DNA from: Octopus vulgaris
Taxonomy: Eukaryota
Assembly: GCA_951406725.2 (NCBI GenBank)
Contig: OX597839.1
Coordinates: forward strand, 31,434,001-31,498,000
Reading direction: 5' to 3'
DNA length: 64,000 bases
Under the pieces are notes generated by a model. It was given only the letters and a program-made list of their open reading frames with translations. It did no database searches and was not told the origin of the DNA. The position numbers were made by a program, and so were the translations under genes. This document shows, one piece after another, positions 55,695 through 64,000 of this stretch (position 1 is the stretch's first letter; the number at the start of each line of letters is the position of its first letter).

Positions 55695-56398
55695 ATGTAA
55701 TAATGCACCTCGTTACATAAACGATGCTTCGTTCATTTGGATTCACTAGAGCATGTTGTTATTGGTCACAGCTGAAATACGTTGAGAAGAAATGGCTGGG
55801 AACAGGTTTGGTTGTGCAGCAAGAGATACAAACAGGAAGGGATTAAGAAAAATAAGGGAACTACAAAGAATCAGGAGAATAAAGCAAATCATTAAGTGTG
55901 TCAGTCCCTATCACGCTGGGCGGATTGGCCAGGTTGCCCGGTGGCAAGCAGGCTCCTGCGCCATTAGAATCCATACATGGGGGCCCATGTTAGTATCTAC
56001 TGGGTCCCATCCCCTCAAGTTTGAGAATTTTTTATTCACTCCTGGAAGAATGGATTAATTGTTTCAGCCTGGCTGTGTTTGTAGACAGTTGGAAAGAATA
56101 GTTTTAACAAAAAAGAAAAATTATATTAAAGTATTGTAGTTGGGGGTGGGCCCCCTTAGTCTCCTGGCAACCAATATTTTTAGACCCTGTCCACCACTGT
56201 ATGTGTGTGTACACACACACACAGTGGGCTTCTTTCAGTTTCTATCTACCATATCCACTTCAGGCTTTGATCAGCCTGAAGTTATACAGTAGAAGACACT
56301 TGCCCAAGGTGCCATGTGATGGGACTGAACCTGGAACCATGTGGTGAGGAAGCAAATTTCTTGCCACACAACCACACTCACCCCTACATGTATATATG

Positions 56399-56771
56399 TC
56401 TTTTACTTGTTTCAGTCATTTGACTGCAGCCATGCTGGAGCACCACCTTTAGTCGAGCAACTCGACCCCGGGACTTATTCTTTGTAAGCCCAGTACTTAT
56501 TCTATCGGTCTCTTTTGCCGAACCGCTAAGTGACGGGGACTTAAACACACCAGACAAACACAGACACACAAACGTACACGCACACATATATACATATATA
56601 CATATATACGACAGGCTTCTTTCAGTTTCCGTCTACCAAATCAACTCACAAGGCATTGGTTGGCCCGGGGCTATAGTAGAAGACACTTGCCCAAGATGCC
56701 ACGCAGTGGGACTGAACCCTGAACCATGTGGTTGGTAAGCAAGCTACTTACTACACAGCCACTCCTGCGCC
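56399..56771 (-). mobile_element. SINE family A, young copy (duplicate at 62975-63374)
   Basis: CpG-rich and near-identical to the 13741 copy. Lacks 27 bp that is present in the duplicate. Confidence 0.88.
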
Positions 56772-57481
56772 TATATGTATGTATATTCATTGACACACAC
56801 ACACACGTCTCAGCCCCAAGTGGTTCGTGTTTTACCCCTATTATATGACATTATATATAATAATGATTTATAACGATTGTAGCCACCGTTGTGACCTGTC
56901 ATTGTGTTTGTGTCACCAAGCAAATAGAATAGGACGAGATACAACAAGTATGGACTCTTTAACTCTTTCTATGGCCATAATAACCTGCTGTTTAAAACTA
57001 ATGCTTTCGGTCACTTGGCCATATAACATTTATGATGGACATGGTACACAGCGAGTCTGAAGTGGAATGGTAAATGGTAATGGTAAATGGTAATGGTAGG
57101 TGGTGGTGGTGGTGGGTCGGAGAGAAGGACTTAATTTTAATGCATTGAGTTTATTGACGAGTTTTTAAATTGATTGCATAATATTTTGCCGGCCTGAATG
57201 TATTGATAGATAAATATCCTTGCTACGTGTAACAATCCATGAAATCAACCATGAAGCCAATCTCAGACAGCGTTGGCTGCTTTTATTGGGAGGAGTTCAA
57301 TACAATGGAGAGAACAATGTTTGAAATGAAGGCCTTGTAATCAGTTAAACGAGTTTAGGAATTAATATTTGTTATTTAGATGAGATGGTTAGAAACCATG
57401 TAGGAGGCTGGGGGTTTGTAAGAGCCTACGTTGCTGACAATAAAAGGCGCCATTATAATGGAAAGAAGTAATGATTCTAAG

Positions 57482-57542
<61 letters not shown>

Positions 57543-57610
57543 AAGAGAGAGAAATCAATGTGAGGAGATCGATTGATGAGAAGCAGTTGAAAGTATTGTT
57601 GTGTTACAGC

Positions 57611-57663
<53 letters not shown>

Positions 57664-57828
57664 ATGCAAGCAACTATTGTCGAAATATAACAATAAACTT
57701 AAGTCTTTTATAGAAGAATTTTGCTACCATTTTACAGTCTAGACACAGAAGTAGATCAGCCAAGAGAGTAGCTCAATACAGCAACTAACAGACAGACTAG
57801 AGTCTCAGATAACAACAGCAACAATAAC

Positions 57829-57888
<60 letters not shown>

Positions 57889-58354
57889 TGTTGTTGTTTT
57901 TAAATAGAGCTTCTACTGACCAGCAAGTCATGAAGGCCATGGCCAGAGCTCCTTCTTCTAATCAGCCCACCCCCACCCCCAATGCAAGTCACTGACTGCA
58001 TTAGATGCAGCACAGCAATCCTCAGCTGCACAACAGACAGAGTGCTAGACTGCAGCGACAGGATAACAGGCTGTACAGCAGTGCAGATGGAGTAATACTC
58101 TGTTATACAGAATGGATTAAATCAAAGACTCCCAATTGCAGTGCAGAGAGTATAACAGACTCTATTTACACAGAAGAGAGTAACGCATTGCAATACAGGC
58201 AAAAAGCATAGACAGAGTAAAGACTGTCAACTACCCTCTTGATTAATAATAGCTCTCAACTTAGGGGTCCTTAGGGGTCCATATAAGATTTTTTGGTGAA
58301 AATTTGTTGTATTTGTACTATACACGAAATATCCTAACAATTTTCTTTATACGT

Positions 58355-58618
58355 GGAGGTGGCACGTAAAATGCACCAATCCGAATCGTGACCGATGCCA
58401 GCCTCGCCTGGCACCAGTGTAGGTGGCACGTAAAAAACACCCACTACACTCACGGAGTGGTTGGCGTTAGGAAGGGCATCCAGCTGTAGAAACATTGCCA
58501 GATAAGACCGGAGCCTGGTGCAGCCTTCTGGCTTCCCAGATCCCCAGGTCGAACCGTCCAACCCATGCTAGCATGGAAAGCGGACACTAAACGATGATGA
58601 TGATGATGATGACGATGA
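58355..58618 (+). mobile_element. SINE-like family D, young copy
   Basis: CpG-rich, near-identical to the reverse complement of 14905-15140, with a (GAT)n tail. Confidence 0.82.
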
Positions 58619-60815
58619 ATTCCTTATAATACTGAAGTATAAAAATATAATAGGACTTTTTAAACATTGAATGGCTATGAGGGCCCACCAGAGCAAAATA
58701 GGAATCAAAGGGGGTCCATAGATAAAAAAAAAAAGAAATGGTGGTTGAGAAGCACTTCTGTAGATATTGTAGAATCTATAACCCTAACTCCAGCTTAGAC
58801 AGAGTCTGTAGCAGAGCATGAAGCGGAGTTTAGTGATAGCAGCATATCACTAGCGATAATAAAAGACCATCAGTGATAGCTGAGATACCACAACAGCCTC
58901 TGACTGGGTAATATATGATTATAAACGATTACAGGTGAAATAATTCAAGTGGCCACCACCATCTATCATTGAGAAATAGGAATTAAAATCTGTTGTAGAT
59001 TATGGGAAAAAGTAATTCTTCATTTGTGTGATTTCTGGCATTTCCTGCAGACAAATTATTGGAGTGTAGCTTAATGTGGGATTCCTATCGAAAATGTAAC
59101 ATCTTTTTTTTTTCTGTTTTCTACTTATTTTTATGTTGAAACATCAACTGACAGACACAATGATGTTTTCGACTTAATATGTTTTTTAAGCGAGACTCGG
59201 CTTCTAAAATCTGGTGAAGTAGGGGAAGACATAGACAAACTACAGAACAACCGATATTGAAATTCATGTGGAACCCATTCAGACCACTAAGTTGTGTGGG
59301 AGGAAGTGGTTGATGTCTAGTCATTAACAGCAGTTAATGTTATCAAGCTGATAACATTAATGCCTTTTCTGCATTTTAAATTGTATCAAGATATGACTGA
59401 ACACAGTTTTAACATCAAACCAGCCATCCTGCCGCATGTGAGAAGCAACCTCACTGTTAATAAAGTTTGCTTCGTTTCACTATTAGAAAAAGTTGTTCAA
59501 CATTTTAGACAATATTTTGGTGGAAACACAAATAAGAATCAGAAATTAATGTTTTAATAATGAATAATTACAAGGTTACACAATAAGTAGAAGTGATAAG
59601 AAACTTTGCAGAGAGCCAAACAGCAGAAGGCCTTCAGAGAAGTAACTCCATCCCTTAGGCAAGTGTTTCAGCCCTTAACTTCTTACATAGTAAGGGGGCC
59701 AGGCCACACCCAGGTAATGACTCTTGGGCACTCAACTGGTACTCATTTTTACCAGCCCCGCAAAGGATAAAATACGAAGGTTGACCTCAACAGAATTTGA
59801 ACTCAGAACACAAAAGACAAATGAGATGCTGTTAAGCATTTTATCCACCATACTAACAGTTCTCTTAAAGATTCTTCTTCTTCTTCTTCTTCTTCTTCTT
59901 ATTATATCCCAAAGAGGCAGAGGTTAGGTTCTCTGTTCATAATTAACATAATCAAAAAACAAAACAAAAGCCATCTCGAGGAAGAGTGCAAAAAAGCTCA
60001 AACAAAACAATCTTGTGTTTGCTTTTTTTTGACAGATCAGATTTTCTGTTTTTTCTGTAATTCCTGACAATTCGTTTTTTAAGTTCTTTTATTATTTTTT
60101 TTTTCCTAAAAACGATTCTTTTTACCAATATTTTTCTCTCCTCATATCTAACAACCAAAGATTCAAACAAAACAATAATATTGGAATTTAATATCAACTC
60201 AAGTCTTTTTTTCATATTTTTCTTTCAATATTTCTCAATGGATGTGGATGGTTTTTTTTTTTTGTTTCATTGAACAATCATTTAATATCAAAACACTAAG
60301 TTTATCCATTATATATTAGTCACAGATTGCCAAGAAATGAAATACTGAAGTCATACAGAAAAATCAAAAAAATCATAGCACTGAGAGGATGTGATTTTGG
60401 TATTTCAGGGATGCTGATCAAGCGATTTGATCTGAGATTGTGTGAGGAAAGTAAAAGAATTACAGCATCAATGTCACATATCAGTCATTCAAAATCACAC
60501 AAGGACTGTTAACTTGTAATTCACATAACAACCAAACTTCTGGCACATAACAAACCAAGCAGCAGGCAATGACAACCAAAATAACTGACCTATAAAGTTG
60601 AGGATGTTCTATTTATAACTTTGAAACCTACAGACATATATGAATACTGACCAAAAGCCTTGCCTCAAACCAGTTGTAGTGGAGCTGCATCAGTGACCAG
60701 GTTGGTAGGAGTAAAAACACACACAAAGACACCCATATAACTTATATATATAAATATGTATATTATCAGCCACATATAATGTATACGCTTTGAGTATTTG
60801 CTGGTAAGCTGCTAT

Positions 60816-60915
60816 NNNNNNNNNNNNNNNNNNNNNNNNNNNNNNNNNNNNNNNNNNNNNNNNNNNNNNNNNNNNNNNNNNNNNNNNNNNNNNNNNNNNN
60901 NNNNNNNNNNNNNNN
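60816..60915. other. Assembly gap (100 N)
   Basis: Run of exactly 100 N, typical of a scaffolding join. Confidence 0.99.
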
Positions 60916-61630
60916 AAACACTCAAAGCCTATGTTCTTGGACCTAATCCCCAGTAAAACAATATAAACTCCATGGAAATTAGGGGTGGCAAATACATTGA
61001 CAACTGGTGATACAAAGACTTGAAATAATGGAATGAATGTCACGCTTGTGAAGAAGAAGAAGAAGAAGGCATGGCTTCCTTACAGCCTTCATAACAGATA
61101 ATCCACTGTTTAATCTCTGAGGTTAGTCTTGCCTGAAATGGCTCTCCCAATTAAAGCCAGAATATATCCTAACCAAACATAGATGACATGGTAGGCTGAA
61201 CAAGAAATTATGGTTCAGCGATGATGTTTCAGCCTTTACTTGGTCACTCAACCTGCAGCCAAATCTCCCTTACACTAATATCCTACAATCTTAAAAGCAA
61301 AGCACACACGATAATGTAGTTTGTGGTAAACTAAGCCAGAACAAAAAGACAGAAATACTTTTCATCAATAGGTCTGCGCTAGCAGAGTTGACCTGGGATT
61401 GAATAACAACAACAATAACAGAATATTTTTTTTTAAAGAAGAGTTAAAGGAAAGACCAGCTACAGATGAGAATTTTGGTGATTTAAACGTTTAGGGTTCA
61501 CATCTGGCCAACAACAACAGAATCTTTTCAATCTAAAGGGATGAATAAAATAAAGTGATATAAAGATATATTTCCTTTTAGTTTAATTTTACTTGTTTCA
61601 GTCATTGGACTGCGGCCATGCTGCAGCACC

Positions 61631-61674
<44 letters not shown>

Positions 61675-64000
61675 TGTGTATATATATATATGTGTGTGTG
61701 TGTGTGTGCATGTATGATGAATAATAATAAGTGTTGCTTACCTGACTCGTAGCTCTCTTAGTTGCCATTCTTTGTGTTTATCAAAAGCAATCAAAATGGA
61801 AGCAATTTCCTGTAAAGAGACAAGTAAACAAAAGTCAGGAATGAGCTTTCTCTCACACACACAAACACAAACAAACAAACACACACATATATATGGAACT
61901 TCTGACAATATTGTATAAAAGATTGGTGGAATCAGCCGAGAACATGTCACGAAATACAAAGCAATTTTTACTCAGCCTGGACATTGTGAATGTTTCTTTT
62001 ATCTTTTTACTTGCTTCGATCATTAGACTGTGCCCATGCTGGGGCACCACTTTGGATTTTAGTCTAATGAATCGGCCCTAGCACTTATTTTTTTTTTAAG
62101 CCTAGTACTTATTCTATTGATCTCATTTGCTGAATCACTAAGTCATGAGGATATAAACACATCAACACCAGTTGTCAAGCAGTGGGGGGGGGGCAAACCC
62201 CTCCTGAGTGGGTGAACTGTGCAATTAATTTCGGTGCATCTCACAGTTGCAGAAGCATCTCGTCAGGTGATGTAATAATGCACCTCGTTACATAAACGAT
62301 GCTTCGTTCATTTGGATTCACTAGAGCATGTTGTTATTGGTCACAGCTGAAATACGTTGAGAAGAAATGGCTGGGAACAGGTTTGGTTGTGCAGCAAGAG
62401 ATACAAACAGGAAGGGATTAAGAAAAATAAGGGAAACTACAAAGAATCAGGAGAATAAAGCAAATCATTAAGTGTGTCAGTCCCTATCACGCTGGGCGGA
62501 TTGGCCAGGTTGCCCGGTGGCAAGCAGGCTCCTGCACCATTAGAATCCATACATGGGGGCCCATGTTAGTATCTACTGGGTCCCATCCCCTCAAGTTTGA
62601 GAATTTTTTATTCACTCCTGGAAGAATGGATTAATTGTTTCAGCCTGGCTGTGTTTGTAGACAGTTGGAAAGAATAGTTTTAACAAAAAAGAAAAATTAT
62701 ATTAAAGTATTGTAGTTGGGGGTGGGCCCCCTTAGTCTCCTGGCAACCAATATTTTTAGACCCTGTCCACCACTGTATGTGTGTGTACACACACACACAG
62801 TGGGCTTCTTTCAGTTTCTGTCTACCAAATCCACTTCAGGCTTTGATCAGCCTGAAGTTATACAGTAGAAGACACTTGCCCAAGGTGCCATGTGATGGGA
62901 CTGAACCTGGAACCATGTGGTGAGGAAGCAAATTTCTTGCCACACAACCACACTCACCCCTACATGTATATATGTCTTTTACTTGTTTCAGTCATTTGAC
63001 TGCAGCCATGCTGGAGCACCACCTTTAGTCGAGCAACTCGACCCCGGGACTTATTCTTTGTAAGCCCAGTACTTATTCTATCGGTCTCTTTTGCCGAACC
63101 GCTAAGTGACGGGGACTTAAACACACCAGCATCGGTTGTCAAGCAATGCTAGGGCGACAAACACAGACACACAAACATACACGCATACATATATACATAT
63201 ATACATATATACGACAGGCTTCTTTCAGTTTCCGTCTACCAAATCAACTCACAAGGCATTGGTTGGCCCGGGGCTATAGTAGAAGACACTTGCCCAAGAT
63301 GCCACGCAGTGGGACTGAACCCGGAACCATGTGGTTGGTAAGCAAGCTACTTACTACACAGCCACTCCTGCGCCTATATGTATGTATATTCATTGACACA
63401 CACACACACGTCTCAGCCCCAAGTGGTTCGTGTTTTACCCCTATTATATGACATTATATATAATAATGATTTATAACGATTGTAGCCACCGTTGTGACCT
63501 GTCATTGTGTTTGTGTCACCAAGCAAGTAGAATAGGACGAGATACAACAAGTATGGACTCTTTAACTCTTTCTATGGCCATAATAACCTGCTGTTTAAAA
63601 CTAATGCTTTCGGTCACTTGGCCATATAACATTTATGATGGACATGGTACACAGCGAGTCTGAAGTGGAATGGTAAATGGTAATGGTAAATGGTAATGGT
63701 AGGTGGTGGTGGTGGTGGGTCGGAGAGAAGGACTTAATTTTAATGCATTGAGTTTATTGACGAGTTTTTAAATTGATTGCATAATATTTTGCCGGCCTGA
63801 ATGTATTGATAGATAAATATCCTTGCTACGTGTAACAATCCATGAAATCAACCATGAAGCCAATCTCAGACAGCGTTGGCTGCTTTTATTGGGAGGAGTT
63901 CAATACAATGGAGAGAACAATGTTTGAAATGAAGGCCTTGTAATCAGTTAAACGAGTTTAGGAATTAATATTTGTTATTTAGATGAGATGGTTAGAAACC
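60916..64000 (+). repeat. Near-identical direct duplicate of 54352-57397
   Basis: Begins on the first base after the gap (aaacactcaaagcc). Collinear to the window end, with scattered SNPs, microsatellite length differences and a 27-bp indel. Confidence 0.97.
61742..61809 (-). CDS. CAMTA: Second, identical copy of the 68-nt CAMTA exon, inside the duplicated block
   Basis: Same exon sequence and splice sites as 55167-55234. Probably the other haplotype rather than a real extra exon. Confidence 0.6.

Noticed and set aside
59952-60215. 87-aa lysine-rich ORF
   Set aside because: It is low-complexity A-rich sequence with no homology motif or splice context.
55235-60815. Searched for the upstream CAMTA exon ending RWNTNE
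   Set aside because: Not found by eye; it probably lies beyond the window.

Overview
AT-rich, microsatellite- and SINE-dense animal DNA. The SINE families look like those of Octopus (my recognition, not a database result). The window is almost entirely intronic to a minus-strand CAMTA gene (calmodulin-binding transcription activator). Three consecutive CG-1 DNA-binding-domain exons are visible (68, 136 and 72 nt, GT-AG, phases compatible). The 68-nt exon appears twice because about 3 kb is repeated after a 100-N gap, most likely a haplotype assembly artefact. The introns hold tRNA-type SINEs, RTE and CR1 LINE fragments, a DD37D (maT) transposon and TTAA MITEs. The most striking signal is a set of unrelated short elements next to (TA)n tracts that carry type I hammerhead ribozyme motifs (two near-intact, in the CAMTA sense strand) and/or long fold-back palindromes, several centred on the ribozyme. 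These are probably Penelope-like retroelement termini. Almost all ORFs in the supplied track are microsatellite or SINE translation noise.
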